From contig CAZXAU010000012.1 of NCBI GenBank assembly GCA_964638675.1, positions 1,927-65,926 on the forward strand: 64,000 nucleotides of DNA, written 5' to 3'. This DNA is from an uncultured Lachnospiraceae bacterium. GTDB taxonomy: Bacteria > Bacillota > Clostridia > Oscillospirales > CAG-272. Below, in pieces: positions 36,433 through 47,500 of this stretch. The position numbers and the translations under genes were made by a program. Under the pieces are notes generated by a model. The model was not told where the DNA came from. It made no database searches and saw only the letters and a program-made list of their open reading frames with translations. Each line of letters starts with the position of its first letter. The stretch's first letter is position 1.

Positions 36433-38505
36433 ATGGAAAGTAAACGCGGAAAGAGGTTAATGTACGCCGTATTTCTGATCGCATTGGTTGTCACTGTAAT
36501 AACGATTGTGAATCTTGCGACTCCCAAGGATCCGACACTTGCGGATGTACTGAAACTTTTCAATGACGGTGAGGTCGCAGAATGTAAATACAATGTTGAA
36601 ACTCTCAAGCTCACTGTTGTCGATAAAAACAAAAAAGAATATGTTGTTCAGATGCCTTCATCCGAGTTTTTCAGAGTTGAAATTTACGACTCATATCTCA
36701 AGGAAAACACGGAGATAAAATACGATACAACTATTTCGTCAAATTCGGGAGCATGGTTGCCGTATATTGGTATGCTAATTGCGGTGGCAATAGTAGTAGG
36801 GCTGTTCATTTTTATGATGAAGCAGACCTCAAAGGGACCGGGTGCAACAAAATCCTTCGGAAAGTCAAAGACAAGGCTTGCCGAGGATATGAAGAATAAG
36901 GTCTATTTCAAGGACGTTGCAGGATGCGATGAGGAGAAAGCAGAGCTCGAAGAGATCGTTGATTATCTGCGTGATCCCAAGAGGTTCAGTGAACTCGGTG
37001 CAAAGATTCCTCACGGTGTGCTTCTCGTAGGCCCTCCCGGAACAGGTAAAACTCTTCTTGCAAAGGCTGTTGCAGGCGAAGCGGGAGTTCCGTTCTATTC
37101 ACTCTCAGGTTCGGATTTTGTCGAGCTGTATGTCGGTGTAGGTGCTTCAAGAGTCAGAGACCTTTTTGAAACTGCAAGAAAAAATCCTGCATCAATAATT
37201 TTTATCGATGAGATCGATGCTGTCGGCCGCCACAGAGGAACAGGAATCGGCGGAGGACACGATGAGCGTGAACAGACCCTCAACCAGTTGCTTGTTGAGA
37301 TGGACGGATTCTCGGGAACCGAGGGAACGATAGTTATTGCCGCAACAAACCGTCCTGACATTCTTGACCCGGCACTTCTCAGACCGGGAAGATTCGACAG
37401 ACAAGTTACAGTTGGTTATCCCGACATTAAAGGAAGAGAAGAGATACTCAAGGTCCACACAAGGAAAAAGCCGCTTGAACAATCGGTTGATCTTCATAAG
37501 ATCGCCCAGCTCACTGTCGGAATGACTGGAGCAGAGCTTGCCAATATTCTGAACGAAGCGGCACTTCTTGCCGCAAGAAAAGGTAAGGCGCTCATAGGAA
37601 TGAATGATATCGAGGAAGCGACGCTTAAGGTAATGGGCGGCACTCCGAAGAAATCATACCATATAAGACAGGAAGAAAAGCTCAAGACCGCATTCCATGA
37701 AGCAGGTCACGCAATACTCGATCATTTTCTTCCGACGCAGGATCCGGTTCGTTTTATTACAGTCGTTCCGTCCAATAAGGGGGCGCTTGGATATACGCTT
37801 TCACATCCCCTGGAGGATAAATTCAGCGTATACAGACAGGAGCTTATTGAGCGTATAGCCGCCCTGCTCGGAGGCAGGGTTGCTGAGATCCTTATTTACA
37901 AGGATTACTCAGGCGGTGCTTCAAGCGACATTCAGAGAGCAACTCAGATCGCAAGAAAAATGGTCACCGAGCTTGGAATGTCAGATCTCGGACCTATCCA
38001 TTTTGGCGGTTCGCATTCGAGCGATGAAGTTTTCCTTGGACGTGATTTTTCGTCAAGTCCCGATTATTCTGATTCAACTGCGGCTAAGATCGATGAAGAA
38101 GTCAAGAAACTGATCGATAGCGGATATGCTATAGCGGAAAAGGTTCTGACCGAAAAAATGGATAAACTTAAGTTTGTTGCCGCTTTCCTTGTGAAATACG
38201 AAACGATGGACGGAGAACAGTTCGCAAGGGCAATGGAGGAAGATGATCCGACACTTGAGGAGATCAACGCCATTGCAGATGAAAAACGCAGAATAAGCGA
38301 TGAAGAAAACGAACACAAGCGTGAGCTTGATGAAAAGGAACGTGCTGAAAGAGAGAAATTCCTGCGTGAGCATAATGCAGATTATGACGAAGAGAATGTC
38401 AATGAACGCAATGATGCTCAAGATGGCAAGGATGACGCTCAAAACGATGAGGACGTTCAGAGCGGGTATGATGCATCTGATACTGAAAATACAGATGATG
38501 ATTAA
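36433..38505 (+). CDS. ftsH: ATP-dependent zinc metalloprotease FtsH
   Basis: It has Walker A GPPGTGKT, the AAA SRH region, and the HEAGH zinc site. The C-terminal tail is acidic. Confidence 0.95.
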   Translation: MESKRGKRLMYAVFLIALVVTVITIVNLATPKDPTLADVLKLFNDGEVAECKYNVETLKLTVVDKNKKEYVVQMPSSEFFRVEIYDSYLKENTEIKYDTTISSNSGAWLPYIGMLIAVAIVVGLFIFMMKQTSKGPGATKSFGKSKTRLAEDMKNKVYFKDVAGCDEEKAELEEIVDYLRDPKRFSELGAKIPHGVLLVGPPGTGKTLLAKAVAGEAGVPFYSLSGSDFVELYVGVGASRVRDLFETARKNPASIIFIDEIDAVGRHRGTGIGGGHDEREQTLNQLLVEMDGFSGTEGTIVIAATNRPDILDPALLRPGRFDRQVTVGYPDIKGREEILKVHTRKKPLEQSVDLHKIAQLTVGMTGAELANILNEAALLAARKGKALIGMNDIEEATLKVMGGTPKKSYHIRQEEKLKTAFHEAGHAILDHFLPTQDPVRFITVVPSNKGALGYTLSHPLEDKFSVYRQELIERIAALLGGRVAEILIYKDYSGGASSDIQRATQIARKMVTELGMSDLGPIHFGGSHSSDEVFLGRDFSSSPDYSDSTAAKIDEEVKKLIDSGYAIAEKVLTEKMDKLKFVAAFLVKYETMDGEQFARAMEEDDPTLEEINAIADEKRRISDEENEHKRELDEKERAEREKFLREHNADYDEENVNERNDAQDGKDDAQNDEDVQSGYDASDTENTDDD

Positions 38506-38582
38506 AAAGAATAAGCTTCGGGTTTATCGAAATTTATACGATTCAATTCGTCAGAGGATAGCTATCCTCTGAATGAATAACA

Positions 38583-38613
38583 AAGGGTACTGTCAGATAG
38601 GCAGTACCCTTTT
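38583..38613. terminator. bidirectional terminator between ftsH and the prophage-like element
   Basis: A 10-bp stem AAGGGTACTG / CAGTACCCTT with T-rich flanks on both strands. It is preceded by a perfect 22-bp palindrome TCAGAGGATAGCTATCCTCTGA (38551-38572). Confidence 0.6.
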
Positions 38614-38644
38614 CAGATGGAATATTAATATACGCCGTTAAAGA

Positions 38645-39553
38645 TCAATCGGTAAACAGCATTGATATTTTTGTCCAGTCATTCTGCGACATATATTTTT
38701 TGAGTGATTCTACATATTTTTTTCTTGAAGACGCCGATAAAAAGTTTGAATTGTCACCCGTGAGTGCATTGAGTGCGGCTTTATAGGCGGCTGAAGAAAT
38801 ATCATCAAGTTCATCTTTCTTTCCTGTGTAATTATCGAGCAGGATCTTTGAAAGATTTTCATCACGTTCATTCCGGGCGCTCAGAAGCTGTTCGGAATAG
38901 CTTTTCAGTGCGGAGCTCTCGGAGCTTGAACGCTTTTTTTCCAAATCGGAACGACCTGTACTATAGGCGTCCTCAAGTTCTCCTAGCGAATTTCTTTTCT
39001 TGTCGTTTGCATTTATTATAGCCGACTGACTGACGCCGAGCGAGGAAAGTCCTCGGGATTCGAGATATTCGGGAAGATATTTCATAAGTTTCATATATTC
39101 ATACTCCACTTCACGTTCATTTGCTTTACGCTTCTTTTCGAGTTCGCTGAGTTTTTCGGAGTATTCACTTTGAGCAGATTCCTTTGCTGAATTAAGGTAT
39201 TCATTAAGGGCTTTGACTGTCGAGTTATACTTGCCGTTTACGCTTTCTTCACGGAGCTCATTTATAAGCTTTGTGTATTCGTCGAGTGTTGCCGATGAAG
39301 TACTGCTACTACCGTTACTACCGGTATCAGATGTGGCAGATGAATTATTTTTCTGCTCTTTTTTCAGTTCATCTTTAAGCTTTCCGTTTTCGGCAGTCAG
39401 CTCGTCTTTGAGCTTGATGTATTCGGAAAGTCCGCCGTCTTTCGTGCTCACATATTTCTCAATAGGATAGTATGAGACACCGATTGATGAAAGTAATTTT
39501 TCAAGACTCGGAAATTCGGCAGAGCTTTTTGCCATTGAGCTGTTTTTTATCAT
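38645..39553 (-). CDS. coiled-coil, Ser-rich protein of unknown function (last gene of the late operon)
   Basis: A 302-aa protein with no TM segment, a low-complexity stretch SSATSDTGSNGSSSTSSA, and long heptad-like stretches. I recognise no catalytic motif. Confidence 0.5.
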   Translation of the reverse strand: MIKNSSMAKSSAEFPSLEKLLSSIGVSYYPIEKYVSTKDGGLSEYIKLKDELTAENGKLKDELKKEQKNNSSATSDTGSNGSSSTSSATLDEYTKLINELREESVNGKYNSTVKALNEYLNSAKESAQSEYSEKLSELEKKRKANEREVEYEYMKLMKYLPEYLESRGLSSLGVSQSAIINANDKKRNSLGELEDAYSTGRSDLEKKRSSSESSALKSYSEQLLSARNERDENLSKILLDNYTGKKDELDDISSAAYKAALNALTGDNSNFLSASSRKKYVESLKKYMSQNDWTKISMLFTD

Positions 39554-39719
39554 TTATATCTCCATTCCGCCGCCCTGTGGCGGCACAAACAGTTATGAAA
39601 TTCTCCTGCGTTTCCGAAGGAAAGTTTTCTTCGGAAACAAAAATGGCAGATCCCATTTTTAAGGAGAATTTGTGCGTGAAACAGATGTGCGTTGGCATCG
39701 TATGAACCCATCTTTCACG

Positions 39720-40589
39720 CTAGACCTCACTTTCAATAGTAACCGATCCACCTTCTTCAAGCGAGTTTACAAATTGCTGTAAAAGGTCGATTTTTTTTAT
39801 GATGCCTGTTCGGTATTCATCGGTTATGTAGTTATATGCACTGTACATTTTTATTGTACCGGTTATCAGAAATACTGCTATCTGAAGGCATGTCCAGATA
39901 AGGGCGGCATAGCTGAAGCTGTCGAGCAAGCGTACACCGTAATATCCGAAAACGGCACTGCTGATGATCTTCATAAGTACCTGTTTTTTCGACATCTGTT
40001 TTTCATATTCAAATTTGTTTCTTCCAAAGTCGAAAGGATCATCGTTTTTTCTCCCATTACAGGTTAAATCGCATCCGAAAAGGGTGGAGACCTTTATACC
40101 GACTGCTTTTTCATATGCTTTTGCTCTCTTTTTTTCAATTCCGTACAGCTTTTTTCCTGATGATGAATTGTAAAGCGGTTTATACGGCAGGGCATTTCCG
40201 TGTGAATCGAAACAGCTTGAATATCCGAGTCCGACGCTTGAAAGTATCCGTGTACGCTGTTTTTTCAGGTTTTCGAGATTCATTTTGTCGCACCAGGCGT
40301 CGAGCTTATCTATGTGGGGCGAAATTTTCAATATCCATTCTTCATGGAGAAGAAGAGTTCTTTTCATCCGCTCTTCTTTTTCGGCATTTCTCATTCCCTG
40401 AAGCTCGAAGATCTTATTCATACAAAAACCGAAGATAAAAGCAATGGTTCCGTCGGCGATTATTTTATACAGGCTTTTTCCTGTTTTGTCAATGGTGATA
40501 AATGAGCTGAGGAGATAGATGCACGAAATTGTGAAGGCAACGAGATATCCGAAATTATTCCGGAATCCTTCTTTGAATTTATCATTCAT
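39720..40589 (-). CDS. membrane protein (2 N-terminal + 2 C-terminal TM helices around a soluble ~170-aa domain)
   Basis: The hydrophobic segments are YLVAFTISCIYLLSSFI, GTIAFIFGFCMNKIF, LMKIISSAVFGYYGV and ALIWTCLQIAVFLITG. Its ATG overlaps the upstream stop (TAATG). Confidence 0.5.
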   Translation of the reverse strand: MNDKFKEGFRNNFGYLVAFTISCIYLLSSFITIDKTGKSLYKIIADGTIAFIFGFCMNKIFELQGMRNAEKEERMKRTLLLHEEWILKISPHIDKLDAWCDKMNLENLKKQRTRILSSVGLGYSSCFDSHGNALPYKPLYNSSSGKKLYGIEKKRAKAYEKAVGIKVSTLFGCDLTCNGRKNDDPFDFGRNKFEYEKQMSKKQVLMKIISSAVFGYYGVRLLDSFSYAALIWTCLQIAVFLITGTIKMYSAYNYITDEYRTGIIKKIDLLQQFVNSLEEGGSVTIESEV

Positions 40590-41014
40590 TATATTCTGCC
40601 GCTCCCCTCATACCCCGAATGGATCAGCTTTTCTGCCACATAATCCGAAACGCTATCATTTCTTATTTTTTCACGCAGGGAATTGACCTTGTGAGAAACA
40701 AGTATCAGGTTGAAGAATTCACCGAGAAGTGCCATTCCTGACAAAAGACAAAGATCATGTATCAGCGGTGCAAGAAGATAAGAAAGTATAAAGATCAGGG
40801 CAAAGCAACCTATGAGTTTTGGAATTTTAAATGATTCAAAAGCTTTCAGAACAAAAAAGAACAATGCCGTAATAAGACCGAATGTCAGCTTTATCCCGTT
40901 GTTTGTATTTCCGAAATAGATATTACGGCGTAAAATAAGTGTCAGTATCAGCGGAATTACGGACAGCAGAAAGCCGAAAATTTCATAAATTATCAGTTTG
41001 GTTCTGTCCTTCAT
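40589..41014 (-). CDS. 4-TM small membrane protein (holin-like size, unassigned)
   Basis: Four hydrophobic helices. SD GGGGGAG is spaced correctly for ATG 41014 (MKDRTKL...). It overlaps the 3' end of the upstream gene. Confidence 0.5.
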   Translation of the reverse strand: MKDRTKLIIYEIFGFLLSVIPLILTLILRRNIYFGNTNNGIKLTFGLITALFFFVLKAFESFKIPKLIGCFALIFILSYLLAPLIHDLCLLSGMALLGEFFNLILVSHKVNSLREKIRNDSVSDYVAEKLIHSGYEGSGRI

Positions 41015-41582
41015 TTTTTTCATCTCCCCCTTTATTTACGTTGTTTGATATTTCGGCAATCCGTTTGGCGTAGCCTTTACTCACGAGCTCGTCACTGTTA
41101 CAGAATGCAATTTCAAGCATACGCCGCACCGTTTTTTGTTCCTGTTCACATTTAAGGCTCATTTGCTCGACTTTTTTTATGCACTCATCTATCTTTTTCT
41201 GGCTTTCAGCATAGTTGAAGGTCGATTGTCTGACATCGTTTGTTGCACTTCCGAAACATTCTGAGGCGTTTTTCACCTTATTGATAACAGGCAAAACACT
41301 GATGTAAAGTGCACCAAGTGCCGAAATTACTGCGACAACGCTTGGAATTATGTTGTTTTTAATATAATCGATTATTTCGCTGTAACCTCCGCTTATGCCC
41401 TCGCCGTTCTTATCTTCCGATGTATCGGGAACACCGATCTGCATACCGACACTCTCGCCGGGATCGTCCTTGTCAAGTGATTCTGCCTGAGTGAAAAAGT
41501 GTGATGTGAATATGGCGTATATCATTACGGACATTATTGCAAGTGACAATACCCGAAAAGCTATTGATCGTATTATTCTCAT
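40983..41582 (-). CDS. bitopic/2-TM membrane protein with acidic linker and C-terminal coiled coil
   Basis: It starts at ATG 41582 after SD GAAAGGA. TM1 is FRVLSLAIMSVMIYAIF and TM2 is IIPSVVAVISALGALYISVLPVI. Confidence 0.5.
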   Translation of the reverse strand: MRIIRSIAFRVLSLAIMSVMIYAIFTSHFFTQAESLDKDDPGESVGMQIGVPDTSEDKNGEGISGGYSEIIDYIKNNIIPSVVAVISALGALYISVLPVINKVKNASECFGSATNDVRQSTFNYAESQKKIDECIKKVEQMSLKCEQEQKTVRRMLEIAFCNSDELVSKGYAKRIAEISNNVNKGGDEKNEGQNQTDNL

Positions 41583-41601
41583 ATTTTGTCCTTTCTGAAT
41601 A

Positions 41602-41859
41602 TTATGAATTTGTATTGTTTTCAAGTGCACTTATCCTGTTTTCAAAATCAGCTCTTGTTTGTTCGCATTCGGATATAAGAATTTCGATTATGGATAACAG
41701 TGATGAATTCTCATCAAGCATCGGTGCTGTCAGGGCATATTTGATGTCGAATGCCTTAAGCCCTGCAGCACTTGGCGAATCGGGAAGAGCCAGGGCAGAT
41801 TTTTTTCTGATCGTCTCTTTTGTTTCGGGGGAAACCGTCGAAAATGCTTTGGTTGACAT
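41602..41859 (-). CDS. hypothetical 85-aa protein
   Basis: An ORF with SD AAGGAGG upstream and a C-terminal amphipathic or coiled segment. No family is recognised. Confidence 0.45.
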   Translation of the reverse strand: MSTKAFSTVSPETKETIRKKSALALPDSPSAAGLKAFDIKYALTAPMLDENSSLLSIIEILISECEQTRADFENRISALENNTNS

Positions 41860-41870
41860 TTTAACCTCCT

Positions 41871-44516
41871 TTAATTGATTCCTGTATTATTTTTATTGAT
41901 CTTATATTTCACCGTCAGGGAATTGACGGTGCAGTCATATTCGTCTTCGGAAGAAAGTCGGAATCTGATGAAATTAAAATTACGTTCGTTTACATTCACC
42001 GAAAATGAGGATGAAAAGCCTGTTTCAAATGTTAGGTCGTTGAATGATATGTCATCGAGATCTATAGACGATATTCCTTTTGACGCAAATGAAGTGCGAT
42101 TGTTTTTTCTTGTTTCGTAACCGAATTTTATCCGACCGGTGCTGTTGCTTTCGGCATACAGTGTCATTTTCAGCAGGGTTTTGCTTTTTTCATTTGAGCC
42201 AAGATCGGTCACGGGTGTCACCCAACAGCTCTTTACAGGATCATATTGACAGAAGATTCCGGTCAGTATATCGCTTGGGAAATATGCACCGCAGAGATTG
42301 AGCGGATTTCCGTTGATGCTTTCCTTTATCATGAAGCTGTTGCCGGTTACCTTTGTCAGATACATATCCTTTCCGCAAAGGGGAATTATCAGCGGGAAAT
42401 ATCTTGACGGGTATACCCCTTCCGGTATGCTGTCAACATAGCTGCCGTCTTTATTCTTCAGCTTGAATACCGATCTGCCCCTGTCTATATCGGATATATA
42501 ATAGGGCGTGTCGGGGCTCAGACCTCCTATCGATACCATTCCACTTCCAACATAAACCTCTTTTCCTTCCCAAATGCATGAAAAGCTCATGCCATCTGAC
42601 ACGTTCATTCCTGCGATATCAACATAGTGGAAGATATTCGAGCCGTCAACGTCACTTTCGGGATTCATACTTACGCTTCCGTCCTGATTAGGATTGCTAT
42701 CAGGCTGTACATAAACATTCACAACTTCTGCATAAATACTGCAATCATCCAACCTTACGGTATCGTTTTCTCTCAGCGGAAAGCGTTGGTTATAAACAAA
42801 GTAGCCTTTGTCTACATTCGGAGTTATATCGCCTTCGGTGATCTCATACAGCGTTTTATCTGTGAAATCATCATCGAAAATGCAGATCTTACCTTTTTCT
42901 GTTCCGAATGCAAGCATACTTCCGATCTTTCCCCATACTCTTGCGGATATATTGGTAAAGTGCCACCATTCGTATGAGAAGCTTCCGTTTGGCGATTCTT
43001 CAGGGATAAATTTGCTGTCAGATGGTGCGACATAACAGTCATCTCCGATCGACAGGTACAAGCTGCCGTTGTGAACCGTCGCCACTGCATCGGTGAGTTT
43101 TTTATTGTTCCTGAACACATTTCTTATCGTGCATGACCGTTCTTTTGCATATCTCGTATCGGTATATATATTTCCCGATCTTTCCAGACCGAAGATTCCG
43201 TTTTCGGACAAAAATACATTATCTCCGCAGAAATTCAGAGCACAGTGCTGTGACAGTGCAGACTCACCGGTATTTCCTGCCTTTACAGAAAATACAGTTG
43301 TTGTAGTTTTTTCATCCTGAGAGTAGCTTTCTTCTCCCGTACGGTAGAATACACAAGCTTCATTTGCACGGTTTTTAAGGATAGCAAGAGTCCCGTCCGA
43401 AAGGGGAAGATAGCAGACAACACTTGAACTGTCGTTACCGAATGCTGTAGCATTTACATCCGGAAAATATGTGGGATCTGAGTATTCCGAATAGAAATCA
43501 ATGTTTGGATATAAGGGATTTCCTGAAACAAACAGTCTGTCAGGCTTTCCTCCCGGACCGTACATGACAGCTATATTTGTCTGGGTAATGCGTTCGGAGG
43601 TATCCTCAAAATCAGGACAATATATCACTTCAATATTCGGAGAGTGACCCGGCGGAGTTGTCGGAACCGAAAATGAAATTTCGCCCTTGTTCCTGTCGAC
43701 CGTTCCGCAGGAGTTGGAATCGTATTCGGGATAATCAATAGCTGTTCCGTTTTTACGGGTATAGTACAGGCGATCTTTGAAATAAGAACCGCTCTCGGCA
43801 GTATATTCCTTAATTGTCTCATAACCCTCAGATCCTTCGAGCAAGCTCATATTTATCCTGACTTTTGAGCCGTTTGCGATCCTGTCACTGTCGAGTTTCC
43901 ATTTTTTGTTTGTTTCCGGACAGCCTATAAGCAAATTTCTCACATAAGGCGACAGCATATTTACATTTTCAAAAAAAGAAACATTCTCAGTTGTAACCGA
44001 ACTGTTTTCTATATTTGTTGTTGTTATCGGGATGTATGTATCGCTGTTATTGTAGACCCGTCTGAGCTCATAATCAAAGCTGTCGGAAAATTTACCATAG
44101 ACGAGATAATCTCCGCAACCCACGATGTAAAGCTTGTCTTTGACATAAAAAGCCATCGATTTTGAATCGCAAATACGTGATCTGTCGATATTAACACCGT
44201 AATTCAGTTCCTCGGGTTTGGTTATATACTTGTCTTTGATCTGCGATATGTAGAATTTATTACCGCAATGGATCACTATTACATCTTTGCCGTTCTGTCT
44301 GTAATTGAATATGCCGTTAATTTTTCCGTCAAGAGTTGCAAGCTCCCGATATCCGTTTCTCTTATGCATGATTTTTCCGATGCCGATGAAGTTTTCTGCC
44401 GCACTTGCACGTGAGGGAGAAATGTGTCCGTCGTCATGAGAGAGATCTATCCCCTTGAATGTATCGAGAGTATAATTGTATCTGTCTTTCAGTTTGATCG
44501 TGCTATCGTATCCCAT
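41871..44516 (-). CDS. large tail/baseplate-like structural protein (882 aa)
   Basis: ATG at 44516 follows SD AAAGGAGG, 13 nt after the stop of the giant gene. The sequence is beta-rich and repeat-like. The role is assigned by position only. Confidence 0.55.
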   Translation of the reverse strand: MGYDSTIKLKDRYNYTLDTFKGIDLSHDDGHISPSRASAAENFIGIGKIMHKRNGYRELATLDGKINGIFNYRQNGKDVIVIHCGNKFYISQIKDKYITKPEELNYGVNIDRSRICDSKSMAFYVKDKLYIVGCGDYLVYGKFSDSFDYELRRVYNNSDTYIPITTTNIENSSVTTENVSFFENVNMLSPYVRNLLIGCPETNKKWKLDSDRIANGSKVRINMSLLEGSEGYETIKEYTAESGSYFKDRLYYTRKNGTAIDYPEYDSNSCGTVDRNKGEISFSVPTTPPGHSPNIEVIYCPDFEDTSERITQTNIAVMYGPGGKPDRLFVSGNPLYPNIDFYSEYSDPTYFPDVNATAFGNDSSSVVCYLPLSDGTLAILKNRANEACVFYRTGEESYSQDEKTTTTVFSVKAGNTGESALSQHCALNFCGDNVFLSENGIFGLERSGNIYTDTRYAKERSCTIRNVFRNNKKLTDAVATVHNGSLYLSIGDDCYVAPSDSKFIPEESPNGSFSYEWWHFTNISARVWGKIGSMLAFGTEKGKICIFDDDFTDKTLYEITEGDITPNVDKGYFVYNQRFPLRENDTVRLDDCSIYAEVVNVYVQPDSNPNQDGSVSMNPESDVDGSNIFHYVDIAGMNVSDGMSFSCIWEGKEVYVGSGMVSIGGLSPDTPYYISDIDRGRSVFKLKNKDGSYVDSIPEGVYPSRYFPLIIPLCGKDMYLTKVTGNSFMIKESINGNPLNLCGAYFPSDILTGIFCQYDPVKSCWVTPVTDLGSNEKSKTLLKMTLYAESNSTGRIKFGYETRKNNRTSFASKGISSIDLDDISFNDLTFETGFSSSFSVNVNERNFNFIRFRLSSEDEYDCTVNSLTVKYKINKNNTGIN

Positions 44517-44529
44517 TGTTTGCCTCCTT

Positions 44530-47500
44530 TCATTCGCTTTCCACCTCGATATAAGTATAGACATTGGGATCAGGCATTCTCAGTGTCGATTTATATGTAT
44601 TCAGTATTGAATGGTCTTCGCTGTAGGGAACTGCAAAGACACAGTCTGTGCGGCGGTTGTCGAGACAAACATCGTAATCAATATAGGGGGGGACTTTTCC
44701 TTTGAATTCAACCCTTTTTAATTTTGAGGTACCGAAGAATACATATGTACTGAGCTTTTCTATTCCGCTTCCTAATACAACCGATTCAATACCGATATTC
44801 TTAAAGGTTGTCACAAGTTTTCCGGTAACGCTGTCGGGTATTGTGCAATCGATAAGGTTACAATCGATGAAGGCTGAATCAAGAAGCGTTTTTACACTGT
44901 CCGGTATTCTGACATGCTTTATCGTATATATATATCCGAAAACCAAGCTGCCAATTTGAATAACCGGCAAACCGTTATGAGTTGATGGTATATTGATCGT
45001 TTCGCATACTCCTCCCGAAAGACCATTGCCGTGTGCAACGCTCCCGTCTCCTATCATGTATGATACGACCGTTCCGTCAAAACCTTCCTGATTTTCACGT
45101 TTTCCCGATATATCAAGTCCTGTATAGACAAGATATTGACAGGGTTCATATGCCGAGACCTCAATTTTGATATTATCACTGACATTCGGTATATATATCT
45201 TTCCGATTTCTTCATTTGTATATGTGTCATAGGTTATCTGCTCTTTACCCATTTTTATGAGGTAGTTGGTTATCATTTTACCTTCTTGAGGGATGATATT
45301 TGCAGAAAATGAGCCGGAGTATTCAATATATTCGGGTAGGTTATCGATTGAACACCCTACGCCTATGAAAGTCACGCTCGGATTGATATGTTCGTAAACC
45401 ACCGTGATCTCGGGGTAACGCTCCGATATTTCGTCAAGCTCCAAGAGTGATACTGAGGGAAGGTGTATTATTCCCTTAACGGTTGCCGAATACATCCGAT
45501 CGAGTGCCGTCCGAAGGCTATACAGCTCGCTTTCATGCTCAAGGCAGAAATCAAAATTGACCCATCTTACAACCGACCCATCGGGCATGCTTTTGATGAT
45601 ATACGGAACATCAATTGTATTTCCCGGAATATTCTCAATGTTTATTGCTGTGAGATTTTCGACACCGTAAAGAGTGCATTCGGTAAGATATGGCTGATTT
45701 CTTATTGTCAGAGACGTGATACTTGCCGGCAGATTCAGCTTTTTGAGAATTCCGCCGTTTGGGAGAGCAAGCGACGTAATTCTTGTATTGTCAAAATAGG
45801 CATTTTCTATATTTGTACATCCCGACAGATCGACAGGTCTGCGAAGATTCAGACAGTTGCGTGCATCGATCGTCTGAAGCATTCTGAGATTTCCGATTGT
45901 CAGATCGGTGAGATTGGGATTTGAGTAATCCTGAGAAGGGTCGCCTACCTTGAGAGTGCGTAGATTTCTTGCCATATGGCAGTCGAGCAGACCCACCTTT
46001 AAGCCTGACAGATCACCGATATCCTTCAGCTGAGATGCCGAATATATGATTATTTCGGTATCATTTACATTTGAGAGCGGATTTTGCAGAGTATATGAAT
46101 TATCTTTAAAGCCTCTCGTGCTGACAGTATACGAACCGTACTTGACACATGGGTAAATGTCGGCGTACGGTGTTACGGTGATGTCGGCTTTTGCATAACC
46201 TCGCATCTGTATATAATCGGAGAGAGCGTCACCCGCATGGTATTTGCTGTCGATATAGCGGAAACGGTTATACAGCCACCATTTTCTCTGCTGTTCCTTT
46301 GAGCCCTGAAGCATAGGAAGATATGTAGCATCATTGTTCAGGATCAGCGGAAGAATACATTTTGAATATGAGTCCTCATTGAATATTGCTGCACTCCATT
46401 TTTCCTGATGCTCTTCAAAACGCTTCTCTGTTTCATCATAACTGATGATCGATGAGGTCCTGAGCGACTTATACATTTCCGCAATTTCATCGCTGAATGC
46501 ATCACGGAGATTGCACCAGAAAACCGAATCCTGACCGTTATATACATCGGCACCCGAAAAAGTATCTCTGTCTTCGAGAGAATAACCGAATACAAGAGAA
46601 CCTTCATTGTTTATTCCGATGGCGGTATCCATATCATACGGTATCCAGAACCATCTGTTACCCCCGTCGCCTTCCACGCGGCTTTTATAGTATGTTGGGA
46701 ATGCATTTTTTGCCCTTGAGTCAACGAGCAGAAAAAGCTCGGTGAAAAGGTAATAGTAGATAGATGAGTCAATGCTGAAATGATCGGATAACTCATTTTT
46801 GAATTTAGCGAGACGGTATTCGGGAGTGTCGTGTGTATAAGTGACACCGCCGTATGTCACGGATTTTGAGAGTTTAATTCCGGTTGCCGCTTCACGGTTG
46901 GTTGAGACTACCCATGAAACCATCTCGTGAAGCTTTGTTTTATCGCTGTTACCGTCGGGGTATCTTCCCTCAAAATCCTTGAGCCAGCTGTCTCCTTCAA
47001 AATTATCCGATTTGAAAAGAACCCTGTCAGAGGTGTTGTTAAGTATTTCCCAGCTTTCATCTCCCTGTTCAAATCCGAACAGCTCCTCACTTCCTTTATC
47101 GTTGTTGAAATTCATTTTTGCGTAGAAGCTGCTTTCGTTTCCGTCATTGTGAAAAGCCACTATCGGAAATCCGTCGATCCCGACACGCACACGGCTGTCT
47201 GCCTTTTGCGGTGGCACTTTGAAGGGCTGTGCGTCGTTATACAGCCTTACAAGCTCAACGTTGTTCGCTCCCTCTGAAGATGCAACATCTGCCTTGAAGG
47301 TGAAGGCATCGACCGGGATCGAACCGTCACGGATAGAATACATGTTGCTTGTGCTGTCATCACTTGTAAATCCGTTTTTGAATTTTATCTTGAAGTTTTT
47401 ACGGAAGTAGAACTGAGAGGATGTACCCTGAACATTTATTTCCGTACCCTTCGATCTAAATGATCTGCTTTTGCTGAACGGATCGGTGAATTCAATGTCA

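Noticed and set aside
38551-38572. Perfect 22-bp palindrome TCAGAGGATAGCTATCCTCTGA at the left edge of the prophage-like element, considered as an att/dif-like recombination site.
   Set aside because: I could find no matching copy or half-site at either candidate right boundary (58.93-59.34 kb or 61.33-61.65 kb). It is most simply part of the ftsH 3' hairpin region. I likewise found no convincing direct repeats flanking the element by eye.
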